Assembly (NCBI GenBank): GCA_963760245.1
Contig: CAVXCH010000004.1
Span: forward strand, 20,241 to 84,240
Direction of reading: 5' to 3'
Source: an uncultured Chloroflexia bacterium
GTDB lineage: Bacteria > Chloroflexota > Anaerolineae > Anaerolineales > Villigracilaceae
Length of the DNA: 64,000 nucleotides
Part shown: piece after piece, positions 55,082-64,000 of the stretch
Position numbering within the stretch: the stretch's first letter is position 1
Layout of the letters: the number at the start of each line of letters is the position of its first letter
Made by a program: the position numbers and the translations under genes
The notes under the pieces: generated by a model
Told to the model about the DNA's origin: nothing
What the model saw: the letters and a program-made list of their open reading frames with translations, nothing else
Database searches by the model: none

Positions 55082-56542
55082 ATGCCAATCGAAAAGTCCA
55101 ACCCACCCAAATGTGAACTTTGTGGCCGTTCATTGCCCGAAAATGCGGCTGTTTGCCCAAATTGTGGAGCAAATTTGTCTTTGATCCAAATGATCAAAGC
55201 AATTCCTCCTGTTAATTCCATCCGAAAACAGGTTTCCGTCCCTGCAATGGTTTCACGACCAGAAGGTAACCCTGTCAATGCTGCACCCAAGACCTTGCCT
55301 GTCCGAAAACCACCCACAGTTCCCCTCGGGGTTTTGGGACCTGCAGGGGACGAACCAAATGACATGCACCGGGTTGTGCTCACCCGGAAACCGTCCTCTA
55401 TACCTGCCAGGGTTTTAAAACCAGCACGTGACGAAACGATTGGAGCGCTCCAGGGCTTGCCCAACCGGAATCAGCCTGCTGCCCCTGCCAGGGTTTTAAA
55501 TTCGGAAGGTAACCAGACAAAAGTTGTGTCCCAGGTTGTAGCTGCCCCAATCATTCCCCCGCAGCAAGCGGGTGCCAGCGTTAACCGGAGAAATCTCGTG
55601 CGTGACCAGGGCGGTATAAGGCTGCCTCAAATAGAGGAGCCTAGCGTGCATAATGTACCGCTAAAAAGGTTAATCACTCTGGCTGGTGAGGCAGTTAAAT
55701 CAAATCTTAAACGCTTTTTTTCACACTCGTCTGCTGCCTCAAAGCCTGCTACTCAACAGAAGCCAGTTTCCCATCGTTTTATAAAGGACTGGATTCTTCC
55801 GACCATTTTGGTTTCAGCTTTGTTTTTCCTTCTCATGGAATACCTGGTAAAAAATTATCAGGCGAGCGCAAGCGGCAGCGCCTACCAGGAACCTCAGAGT
55901 ACCATGCTGGCCCTGGGAGAAAGAATAAGCCAGGCAGAGTCCACGATATCAGCCCAGCAAGATACGATTTTTGCTCTGCAGAGTACGAGTGCCGCACAGC
56001 AGTTCCCGTTGGCGGCGCAGGATACGCTCCCTGCCACGCAGATCGATTTGAGTAAGACTCTGCTCCTTGGACCTTTGGATGGAGAATTGATTCACAGTAA
56101 TGATGGATTGATTAAAACGTTTTGGGCGGATCAGGATACTAAAAATTTTATTTTAAGCGTAGTGCTGGTAAATCCTTATTCCGGCATATCCCATCCCTGG
56201 GACACATGTATCCGCTTCAGGCGGATGTACACCAATGAATATCGCTTGACATTGTTTTCCACTCGTAAGTGGACACTCACATTTGGCTTATCAACGGAAC
56301 CTATCGCTGGCGGTACAATCACAAATCTTAAAACGGGAGAGGCTGAATCAAATGCTGTTTCCCTGGTAGTTCGGGACGGAATTGCGTCCCTTAAAGTTAA
56401 TGATGTGCTTTTACCCAATATAGACATATCAGCTTATCAAGACTCTGGTGATGTTGGAATTGCGATTGGAACCCAGAAGGGGGATGAAGTTGATGGGAAA
56501 ACAACCATTTATCATGAATTTACTCTCTGGAATATTCCGTGA
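55082..56542 (+). CDS. Zinc-ribbon / Pro-rich repeat / single-TM protein with C-terminal beta-sandwich (LamG-like?) ectodomain
   Basis: MPIEKSNPPKCELCGRSL..CPNCGA. Four imperfect ~22-aa repeats (..PARVLKPARDET.., ..PARVLNSEGNQT..). TM helix WILPTILVSALFFLLMEYLV. Start uncertain (weak RBS). Confidence 0.55.
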   Translation: MPIEKSNPPKCELCGRSLPENAAVCPNCGANLSLIQMIKAIPPVNSIRKQVSVPAMVSRPEGNPVNAAPKTLPVRKPPTVPLGVLGPAGDEPNDMHRVVLTRKPSSIPARVLKPARDETIGALQGLPNRNQPAAPARVLNSEGNQTKVVSQVVAAPIIPPQQAGASVNRRNLVRDQGGIRLPQIEEPSVHNVPLKRLITLAGEAVKSNLKRFFSHSSAASKPATQQKPVSHRFIKDWILPTILVSALFFLLMEYLVKNYQASASGSAYQEPQSTMLALGERISQAESTISAQQDTIFALQSTSAAQQFPLAAQDTLPATQIDLSKTLLLGPLDGELIHSNDGLIKTFWADQDTKNFILSVVLVNPYSGISHPWDTCIRFRRMYTNEYRLTLFSTRKWTLTFGLSTEPIAGGTITNLKTGEAESNAVSLVVRDGIASLKVNDVLLPNIDISAYQDSGDVGIAIGTQKGDEVDGKTTIYHEFTLWNIP

Positions 56543-56963
56543 AATTTATCCGACCTGATACCGATGTGTTGAAAATAATTCATTCAAACTAAAAAAAGCG
56601 GGGTATTCCACGATCTCCATTATCCTTGTCTATGACCGATCGTCATCCAGATTAGATACCCGTCTTCCAATTCATCTCTGCCCTGCTGAATTTAATTATT
56701 TATCTTTGTAAACAAACTTCTTCTACAACGCGGGATAATTGTGATCCTAACTGCAATTTGGGGGTGGATATTTGCATATCACGGTGATTCATTTAGAGAT
56801 TTTGTTTGTCCCTCTTTTTTTGATTTCTCTTTCGCAAATATTGGAGGGGATTGGAAACATTGTCTTTTTCTTATCAGCCCATTAAAGGGGTTATTGTCTT
56901 TGAGGGAAAGTGGTAATATTCTGCCCAATCATCATGCAAATTGCACCATAAGGAAAATATGTC

Positions 56964-57584
56964 ATGATCATTTGTCCATGGTGTGGCACCACCTACCTTG
57001 ATTTTCAATCCAACTGTAAGAATTGTGGGGGACCTTTACAAGCAATCGCAGAGACAGCCGCCCCATCCGTCTCGACCGAAAGCCTGCCCACGCCTCCGCC
57101 TGCCCCGCGCCCGATTTCCGACAAGTATATTTGGCGGCTCTTGCTTACCGACGGTTGGGCGATCTTTGCTTCCGTCTTAGTGCTGCTCGGAGTGATTTTC
57201 GGCATGGTCGGGGCAGGTCTCACCATTGGCATCATCACAGCTTTTGTCGGGATTCCCATTCTCCTGCTCGGAATTGCATTTCTTGGGGCGGGCGTCGGGG
57301 TGATCATCTGGCGCTACCAGGGAGCACAGAAAGTCGTTAATGTTCTTCGGGATGGGGAAGCCACGCACGGGCAGGTGGTTGAAGTCCAGGAGGACTATTC
57401 GGTCAGTATCGATGGACGACATCCCTGGGGAATTCGCTATCAATTTCAAGCTGGTGGACAGGACCATGAAGGAAAGGTTACAACATTGAACCAGCCGGGG
57501 TCGCAATTGCAGGTGGGGAAAGCGATCTGCGTATTGTATTTATCAACGGATGCGAAATGGAGCTCCATTTATCCACACCCATAG
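56964..57584 (+). CDS. Zinc-ribbon + 2-TM + DUF3592-like protein
   Basis: MIICPWCGT..CKNCGG, two TM helices, and a C-terminal beta-rich segment GEATHGQVVEV... typical of DUF3592. Confidence 0.6.
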   Translation: MIICPWCGTTYLDFQSNCKNCGGPLQAIAETAAPSVSTESLPTPPPAPRPISDKYIWRLLLTDGWAIFASVLVLLGVIFGMVGAGLTIGIITAFVGIPILLLGIAFLGAGVGVIIWRYQGAQKVVNVLRDGEATHGQVVEVQEDYSVSIDGRHPWGIRYQFQAGGQDHEGKVTTLNQPGSQLQVGKAICVLYLSTDAKWSSIYPHP

Positions 57585-57665
57585 CTTGATTTGAGGTGGA
57601 ATTCCGCCTGGTCATTATTTTCACAAAATATTGGTGCCAACGGTTGTTTTGGAAAAAAATAGAAA

Positions 57666-58290
57666 ATGAATAATTCCTACCCCAGTATCTTCAACGACGT
57701 GATCGGTCCTGTTATGCGCGGTCCTTCCAGCTCCCATTGTGCCGCCGCAGTGCGAATCGGCCGGATCGTCAGGGACTTGATGGAGGGCGAGATCAAAGAG
57801 CTATTGGTTGAATTCGATCCGCACGGCTCGCTGGCTACCACCCACACAAGTCAGGGTTCCGACATGGGCTTGTTCGCCGGTTTATTGGGGTGGGAAACCA
57901 CTGACGACGCGTCTTTTAAAATCGGCAGAAGCTATCCAAGCAGCCGGGATTAATGTCAAATTCAATGTAACCCCAATCAAAGCCAACCACCCAAACACAT
58001 ACAAAATGATGGTTTCCAATTCCAAGGAGAGCCATACTCTTTCTGCCATTTCCACCGGCGGAGGCATTATCGAAATTATCGATATAGATGGGGTCAAGGT
58101 TTCACTGGCAGGCGACTATTTCGAAACCCTGATCTACGTTGGATCAGACGGTGATCAGCTGCTGGCACACTTGAAAGAGAATATCCAGTTCGATGAAATT
58201 ATCGCCCTGCGGAGCGGGGAAATCCAGTTTTTAGAGATCAAGTCCCAAAGATTTTTACCAATAGGAATCATCGCAGCATTCGCGCGCTAA
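57666..58290 (+). pseudogene. sdaAB: L-serine dehydratase, iron-sulfur-dependent, beta subunit; frame break as assembled
   Basis: SIFNDVIGPVMRGPSSSHCAAA.. (ORF 57666..57953) continues as RLLKSAEAIQAAGINVKF..ISTGGGIIEIIDIDG.. (ORF 57808..58290). Break near 57908-57912. The 3' end may contain a further break. Confidence 0.8.
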
Positions 58291-58324
58291 ATTCGACATC
58301 CGCTCTGTTAAGCAGATTTCGCCG

Positions 58325-59242
58325 GTGCTGCCGGTCTTGTCCCATAATGAGAGCAAGGTACCCTTCATTACTTGCGACGAAATGCTGGAATACAACCGGG
58401 ATAAAGATCTCGACCTGGGGAACCTGGCAATCCATTATGAGTCCGCCAGGGGAGCCCTAACCACCGAACAGGTTTGGGAAATGATGACAGGCATCCTCGA
58501 CATCATGCAGGGCGCCGTCCGTCTCGGCCTGGCAGGCACGCAATACGACGACCGGATCCTGGGTTATCAATCCGGCAATTTCCGAGCGCAGATGGAAAAT
58601 CACCACCTGATCGATGGAGGCGTGTTGAACCAGATCATCCTGGACACCACCGCCTTGATGGAATCGAAGAGCGCCATGGGCTTGATCGTTGCCGCCCCTA
58701 CCGCCGGGTCGTGCGGCGGGCTGCCCGGAGCCTGTATCGGGGCCGCGGATGCCATGGGTCTTTCCGGGTCGGAACTCACAAATGCCATGCTCGCCGGTGG
58801 GTTGATCGGCGTGTTTATCGCTGCCCATGCCACCTTCGCTGCGGAGGTTGGCGGATGCCAGGCCGAGTGCGGCTCCGGGTCGGGGATGGCTGCTGCCGCG
58901 CTGGTTACCCTGGCGGGTGGCTCGACCCTGCAGGCGGTTAATGCTGCCTCGATGGCTCTCCAGAACGTCCTCGGGATGATTTGTGACCCGGTTGCCAACC
59001 GGGTGGAAGTGCCCTGCCTTGGGAAAAATGTGCTGGCAGCCAGCAATGCCCTCGCCTGTGCCAACATGGCTCTCGCCGGATTTGACCCGGTCATCCCTCT
59101 GGATGAAGTAATCCAAACCATGGACAAGGTTGGGAAGATGCTCCCCTCTGCCTTACGCTGCACTGGCTATGGAGGTCTGTCAATCACTCACACATCGAAA
59201 GAGATCGAAAAGCAATTGGCTAAAAAAGAGGCTCACAGCTAA
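58325..59242 (+). CDS. sdaAA: L-serine dehydratase, iron-sulfur-dependent, alpha subunit
   Basis: VAAPTAGSCGGLPG, AEVGGCQAECGSG and ICDPVANRVEVPC motifs. GTG start. The open frame extends upstream to 58265. Confidence 0.85.
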   Translation: MLPVLSHNESKVPFITCDEMLEYNRDKDLDLGNLAIHYESARGALTTEQVWEMMTGILDIMQGAVRLGLAGTQYDDRILGYQSGNFRAQMENHHLIDGGVLNQIILDTTALMESKSAMGLIVAAPTAGSCGGLPGACIGAADAMGLSGSELTNAMLAGGLIGVFIAAHATFAAEVGGCQAECGSGSGMAAAALVTLAGGSTLQAVNAASMALQNVLGMICDPVANRVEVPCLGKNVLAASNALACANMALAGFDPVIPLDEVIQTMDKVGKMLPSALRCTGYGGLSITHTSKEIEKQLAKKEAHS

Positions 59243-59254
59243 AGGGAGGTTCCC

Positions 59255-60379
59255 ATGACAACTTCTCTCGATCCAGAAAAACAAAAACAAGCGAAGCTAT
59301 ATTCCCGGATCCGGCGCAGGCTTTGGGTCGTTGAGACCGTGGCGGGTGCCATTTACCTGCTAGCCTGGCTCTTCTTTGGCTGGGCCCGCGTCATGACGAC
59401 CTGGTTGAAGACCATCACAACGAATGATTGGCTGCTGGTGCTCGGCTTTTTCGTCGTTTTTGGCGGCATCGCTTTCATCCTTGAGCTTCCGTTGGATTAT
59501 TACTCCGGCTTCACCCTGCCGCACCGCTTTGGCCAATCCAACCAGGACCTCAAGGGTTGGATCACCGACCAATTGAAAGGTTTGTTGATCAATGTGCCTA
59601 TCGGCTTGATCGTCCTGGAGTTGGTCTACCTGGCGCTGCGCACAGCCGGTCCCTGGTGGTGGTTGTGGACCGCGGCGGGGATGCTGGTCTTCACCGTCCT
59701 GCTCACCAATCTGGCTCCCATATTGATCATGCCATTATTCAACAAGTTCGTCCCGCTCGGCGATGAACATGCAGAGCTGGCTGACCGTTTGATGAAGTTG
59801 GCCGACCGCGCTCACACAAAAGTGCGTGGCGTGTTCAAGTTCGATATGTCCAGACGGACGAAAGCTGCCAACGCGGCCCTCACCGGCATTGGCAATTCCC
59901 GCCGCATCGTCCTGGGCGACACGCTTATTAACGAATTCACCCACGACGAGATCGAGTCCGTCCTAGCACATGAGCTGGGGCACCAGGTCCACAAGGATAT
60001 CCCCATCCTGATCGCTTTCAGCACCCTGATGACCCTTGCCGGTCTTTACCTGGCTTCCCTGGCGCTTAACTGGGCTGCTGGTTATTTCTCCTTTTCCGGT
60101 CCCGGCGACATCGCCGGGCTGCCAGCATTGGGGATTGTGATCGGGGCGTTCGGACTGGTCACCCAGCCGCTCGGGAACCTAGTATCCCGCTGGCGCGAGC
60201 GCCTGGCGGATGAGTATTCCCTTCAAAGTACCGGCAAGCCTGAAGCTTTTGCTTCAGCATTTGTCCGCCTGGCGAACCAGAACCTGGGGGAAGTGGACCC
60301 GGAGAAGTGGGTGGTGGTCATGTTCTACGACCACCCGCCGCTGGGTGAACGCATTAAAATGGCGGAAGGATGGAAGTAG
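59255..60379 (+). CDS. M48-family zinc metalloprotease (Ste24/HtpX-like)
   Basis: HELGHQVHKD, multiple TM helices, DHPPLGERI near the C-terminus. RBS GGGAGG. Confidence 0.85.
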   Translation: MTTSLDPEKQKQAKLYSRIRRRLWVVETVAGAIYLLAWLFFGWARVMTTWLKTITTNDWLLVLGFFVVFGGIAFILELPLDYYSGFTLPHRFGQSNQDLKGWITDQLKGLLINVPIGLIVLELVYLALRTAGPWWWLWTAAGMLVFTVLLTNLAPILIMPLFNKFVPLGDEHAELADRLMKLADRAHTKVRGVFKFDMSRRTKAANAALTGIGNSRRIVLGDTLINEFTHDEIESVLAHELGHQVHKDIPILIAFSTLMTLAGLYLASLALNWAAGYFSFSGPGDIAGLPALGIVIGAFGLVTQPLGNLVSRWRERLADEYSLQSTGKPEAFASAFVRLANQNLGEVDPEKWVVVMFYDHPPLGERIKMAEGWK

Positions 60380-61236
60380 AGGGTTTATCAGAATTCACTT
60401 CTGATTCAAAAATCCCATACGCGCTTTCGACAAAGTCGATCCGGGTTGATGGCTTGGTTGCCGATTTTTTCTATTGCGTTTCAGCCAAGCCCCGGGAGGC
60501 GTTGGTCTTGTTGGGAGGTTCTGAAGGGGGTAAATGTTGGAGCGATCACACCGCGCAAATTCAGCAGTTCATCGAACGGGGGTATGCCGTCCTGTCGCTG
60601 GCATACTTCGGTCTGGACCCGCTTCCGGTCCACTTGCAGGCAATTCCCCTGGAATACTTCACGAGGGCATTTCAATGGTTGGCATCCCAACCGGAAATAA
60701 TCCCCGGAAGATATACGCTGCTGGGGGTTTCGCGCGGCGCCGAGGCTGCGCTGCTCCTGGGGAGCATATGCCCCCAGGTCAAAGCCGTGGTAGCGATCGC
60801 GCCCAGTTCGGTCGTATTTCCTGGGTCACCTAAAAACATCCTGGATGCATTGCGCGGGCAGCATTCAGCCTGGAGCCTCCGGGGTCATGAAATCCCGTAT
60901 GTGCCCCTGCCGTATTCATGGACCACTTTGCACGGGATTATCACCGGCAGGCGCACCCACATGTTTGAGCAGGCGCTTCTAAATGCCGCAGCCGTGGAAG
61001 CCGCGGAAATTCCCGTGGAAAAGATCCGGGGACCGGTGCTGTTGGAATCATTCACGCAGGACCAGATCTGGCCTTCGACCCTAATGGCGGAACAAATAGT
61101 AGCCCGGCTGAATGCCAGTGAGTTCCGCTTTTATTTCAAACATAATGCTCACAATACCACCCACTCCAACTGGTCCTTCGAGCCATGTTGGACCAACATC
61201 CTGGCCTTTTTGAAGGAATACCAAGGTGTGTCCTAG
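60370..61236 (+). CDS. Alpha/beta hydrolase (BAAT / acyl-CoA thioesterase C-terminal domain-like)
   Basis: Nucleophile elbow GVSRGAE; LVLLGGSEGG upstream of it. Overlaps the M48 gene by 10 nt. Confidence 0.65.
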   Translation: MEVEGLSEFTSDSKIPYALSTKSIRVDGLVADFFYCVSAKPREALVLLGGSEGGKCWSDHTAQIQQFIERGYAVLSLAYFGLDPLPVHLQAIPLEYFTRAFQWLASQPEIIPGRYTLLGVSRGAEAALLLGSICPQVKAVVAIAPSSVVFPGSPKNILDALRGQHSAWSLRGHEIPYVPLPYSWTTLHGIITGRRTHMFEQALLNAAAVEAAEIPVEKIRGPVLLESFTQDQIWPSTLMAEQIVARLNASEFRFYFKHNAHNTTHSNWSFEPCWTNILAFLKEYQGVS

Positions 61237-61496
61237 ATTTCTGGTATGAAAGAGTCCATGAGCAGAAATAGGATTTTGGAGAAAATATTCGGAAATTTTT
61301 TTCACCAGAACACGTATTCCTGCGAAGCGAGGCTCCCTTGACCTATAATAAATATCCGTCTCGTTGATCGAGTCAATTCTTATACCACCCGTGAAGTAGG
61401 CAGATAAATTTGTTCGCCCAAGAGGGTACCATACGAACCCGTCACCGTTACAACTGAGCCCAATCTAGACGCAAAATAATTGCTATTTATGACTGT

Positions 61497-62627
61497 CTAC
61501 ATTGAAGTAAGGATATCAGCAATGCGGCTGGCTGCTTTCCCATCTCCATAAGGGTTATTTACCTTGGCCATTTTCAAACGTGCCTCTGGATTTTTTAGCA
61601 GATGGGTTAACTCTTTCACAATTCGCTCCTGCTGTGTTCCAACCAGCATCGCATTCCCGGCTTGAATACCTTCCGGGCGTTCAGTTTCCTCCCGCGTCAC
61701 CAGGACAGGCTTTCCCAGGGAGGGTGCTTCCTCCTGAACGCCACCCGAATCGGTCAACACTATTTCAGCCTGATCCATTAACCATATGAAGGAGGCATAG
61801 GGCAAGGGCTCGATCAATTGAACATGGTGCTGGTGACCAAGGATTTGGTTTACCGGTTGACGCACATTCGGATTGAGATGAACAGGGAAAATAAACATTA
61901 CATTATTAAATTCCTCCGACACTTGGCGGATTGCATAGCAAATGTTCTTCAAGCCCTCTCCAAAACTTTCGCGGCGGTGCCCGGTAACCAAGACCAGCCT
62001 GTTACCCTCCATTAACTCTTTCACGCCTTCTGGTAAATCAGGAGGTGACAGGCGGATACGATCGCGCACCCACAGCAAAGCATCTACAACCGTGTTGCCG
62101 GTAATAAATATTGAAGATGGAGGAATGCCTTCTTCCATGAGGGTGTTCCTTGCATGCTCGGTTGGAGCGAAATGATAGTCCGCCAGGCGGCTCACCAAAC
62201 GACGGTTAATCTCTTCGGGGAACGGCGCATATTTATTCCCGGTCCGCAAACCTGCTTCCACGTGTCCAACCTTCAAATGGTGATAAAAAGCCGCCAATGC
62301 ACCACAAAAAGCTGTTGTAGTATCGCCCTGCACTAACACTACATCTGGTTGCTCCTTGGACAAGATATCATCCAGCTTTTCAATCATCCGGCTCGTAATC
62401 TGACCCAATGTCTGATCAAACGTCATGATATCCAAATCATGATCGGGTCGAACATCAAAAAGCGTTAACACCTGGTCCTGCATTTCACGCTGCTGGGATG
62501 TGACACAAACCCGGGTCACAAACTGTTCCGGTCTGCGTTCCAATTCTCTAAACACGGGGATAAGCTTGATCGCCTCGGGGCGGGTGCCAAAAATGATCAG
62601 TACTTTCCGCTTAGTCATTCCTGACAT
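61497..62627 (-). CDS. wecB: UDP-N-acetylglucosamine 2-epimerase (non-hydrolysing)
   Basis: IFGTRPEAIKL, VQGDTTT, HVEAGLRT and TDSGGVQEEAPSLGKPVLV motifs. Confidence 0.9.
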   Translation of the reverse strand: MSGMTKRKVLIIFGTRPEAIKLIPVFRELERRPEQFVTRVCVTSQQREMQDQVLTLFDVRPDHDLDIMTFDQTLGQITSRMIEKLDDILSKEQPDVVLVQGDTTTAFCGALAAFYHHLKVGHVEAGLRTGNKYAPFPEEINRRLVSRLADYHFAPTEHARNTLMEEGIPPSSIFITGNTVVDALLWVRDRIRLSPPDLPEGVKELMEGNRLVLVTGHRRESFGEGLKNICYAIRQVSEEFNNVMFIFPVHLNPNVRQPVNQILGHQHHVQLIEPLPYASFIWLMDQAEIVLTDSGGVQEEAPSLGKPVLVTREETERPEGIQAGNAMLVGTQQERIVKELTHLLKNPEARLKMAKVNNPYGDGKAASRIADILTSM

Positions 62628-63036
62628 TCAGGGTCTCCTCATAAACATAAGGCGTTGGCCAGGTAATTTGCTGAGCATCAAAATACATACTGGGTAAAAC
62701 ATCAAGCCTGTTTTCTCGGATAAATCTTCAGAATATTAACCGATCTTCCGATTTGATATTCCAACCGTGATCATTCCATTTCGTGGGCAGGCAAGAAAGT
62801 TCCACCATCCACGATAAACAGGTTTACCAAGATCTCTATTCCCGTTCTCTTATTTCTGCAAATTCTAGTAATTATAGTGCATCCCTCCATCCGGGGGACC
62901 CATTGCCAACCTGATCGATCGCAGGATTATTATGTTAATTTGGGTATAATATTCCTCTAGGGGAAATCGCTCCTGGAAAGATCGAGTCTGTCTTTTTGCG
63001 ATCCCTTAATTTGTTCTGCTTATTACTTATTCCATA

Positions 63037-64000
63037 ATGAAGAAACATGTCCTGATTGCAGGGTACTACGGTTTTCATAATAACGGGGATGAAGCCATTT
63101 TGCGCGTCCTGCTTGAGGACCTTAGACAGGCTGAACCAAACGTGTCTATCTGTATATTATCCGGCGATCCCGAATCTACCCGGCGAAATTATGGCGTCGA
63201 GGCCATCACTCACGGAGACATCAATGGGATTATCGAGCAGGCACGCCGGAGTGATGCCCTGATCGTTGGCGGGGGAGGAATTTTCCAGGATTACTGGGGA
63301 TCTCTAAAACACACCCTCCTTACCAGCGAGCAGGCTGGTCTTCCATTCTACAGCAGTCTGCCTATATTGGGCCACTTGTTGGATAAACCTGTTCTCATCT
63401 ATGCCGTCGGAGCCGGACCCTTCCTCAGCCCAGAAGCAAAAGAGTTGACGCGCCTGTCCTTTGAGATCGCGACCATCTCCACCGTGCGGGACCGCGAATT
63501 CACTTGAATTACTCCATTCAATCGGTGTTCCGGCCAAGAAGATGCAAATCACAGCTGATCCAGCCTTTGCTTTGCATGCGGATTCTATCCATTCCTTGGA
63601 GATTCTCAATGCTTTGTCTGTCGATCCCAGTCGCCCGGTTGTAGGAGTCTGCTTGCGGAATTGGGACCTTGGAATTGAGCAATCGATCTGGCAGGCAGGG
63701 ACAGCAGCCGGTCTTGACAATTTTGCCGATCGTACAGGCTGTTCGTTTATCTTCCTGCCATTCCAGGATCTTCCCTCTTCCCCTCTCACCCAGGACTCGC
63801 TCGCTGCCATGGCAGTGATTCAGCACATGAAGCATCAGCAGGACTGTGTGCTGGTCCCTTCGCAAGAGGATCCGACAGTCACTGCCGGGATCCTGGCTAC
63901 CTGTGCCATGGTCGTCGGGATGCGCTATCACTCTATCGTTTTTGCAGCCAGTTCTGGTGTCCCATTGGTTGCTTTGGCGTACGATTCCAAAGTAGCCCAC
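63037..64000 (+). pseudogene. Polysaccharide pyruvyl transferase (CsaB-like), 3' partial; one frame break as assembled
   Basis: LIAGYYGFHNNGDEAIL..GGGGIFQDYW.. (ORF 63037..63507), then in the next frame ANSLELLHSIGVPAKKMQITADPAFAL...GMRYHSIVFAASSGVPLVALAYDSKVA to the window end. Break near 63488-63496. Confidence 0.8.

Noticed and set aside
54865-55464. 199-aa minus-strand ORF overlapping the start of the zinc-ribbon gene
   Set aside because: No motifs and odd composition. It overlaps a plus-strand ORF that has zinc-ribbon, repeat and TM features.
1-64000. Search for tRNA, rRNA, tmRNA, RNase P or SRP RNA genes in intergenic gaps
   Set aside because: None of the gaps larger than 100 nt showed cloverleaf-compatible sequence or the conserved boxes I know for these RNAs. 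This is a visual check only, and an Infernal or tRNAscan run would be definitive.

Overview
Dense bacterial chromosomal segment, roughly 55% GC by eye, with about 65 genes. I found no rRNA, tRNA, CRISPR array or complete IS element. SD-type ribosome-binding sites are common and many neighbouring genes share 4-nt ATGA start/stop overlaps. Gene content (tungsten-type aldehyde:ferredoxin oxidoreductase, five radical-SAM genes, many zinc-ribbon membrane proteins) suggests an anaerobe, possibly Chloroflexota-like; that is a guess. All product calls come from motifs I recognise in the translations; no searches were run.

Main content:
- A long minus-strand block (10.5 kb to 0): CPA2 antiporter with a PII-like partner, a DUF2207-like protein, an unusual radical-SAM module, prs, and a metalloprotease/phosphatase pair.
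- A GntR-regulated operon: FGGY kinase, sphingosine-1-P-lyase-like PLP enzyme, SCP2, aldehyde:ferredoxin oxidoreductase (13-19 kb).
- An ECF sigma/anti-sigma unit.
- An ABC-2 export unit and a separate CPBP protease unit.
- A glycosyltransferase plus B12-radical-SAM cluster (35-42 kb).
- A pterin/folate cluster, a KDG catabolic pair, a STAND ATPase, serine dehydratase and cell-envelope sugar genes.

Most interesting observations:
1. At 3.1-8.3 kb, an RRE-radical SAM/SPASM maturase and a membrane-anchored paralogue that has lost every Fe-S cysteine bracket two PAS-like paralogues. They lie just downstream of a membrane protein whose 3' end encodes CACACACAGCACACAGGGR in an alternative frame.
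2. An in-frame TGA sits at the first Cys position of a CxxC-type peroxiredoxin-like protein and is followed by a SECIS-like hairpin, making it a selenoprotein candidate.
3. At least 17 frame disruptions occur in 12 otherwise intact genes, several at homopolymers. This points to indel-type assembly errors rather than pseudogenisation, and it limits confidence in every exact gene boundary.
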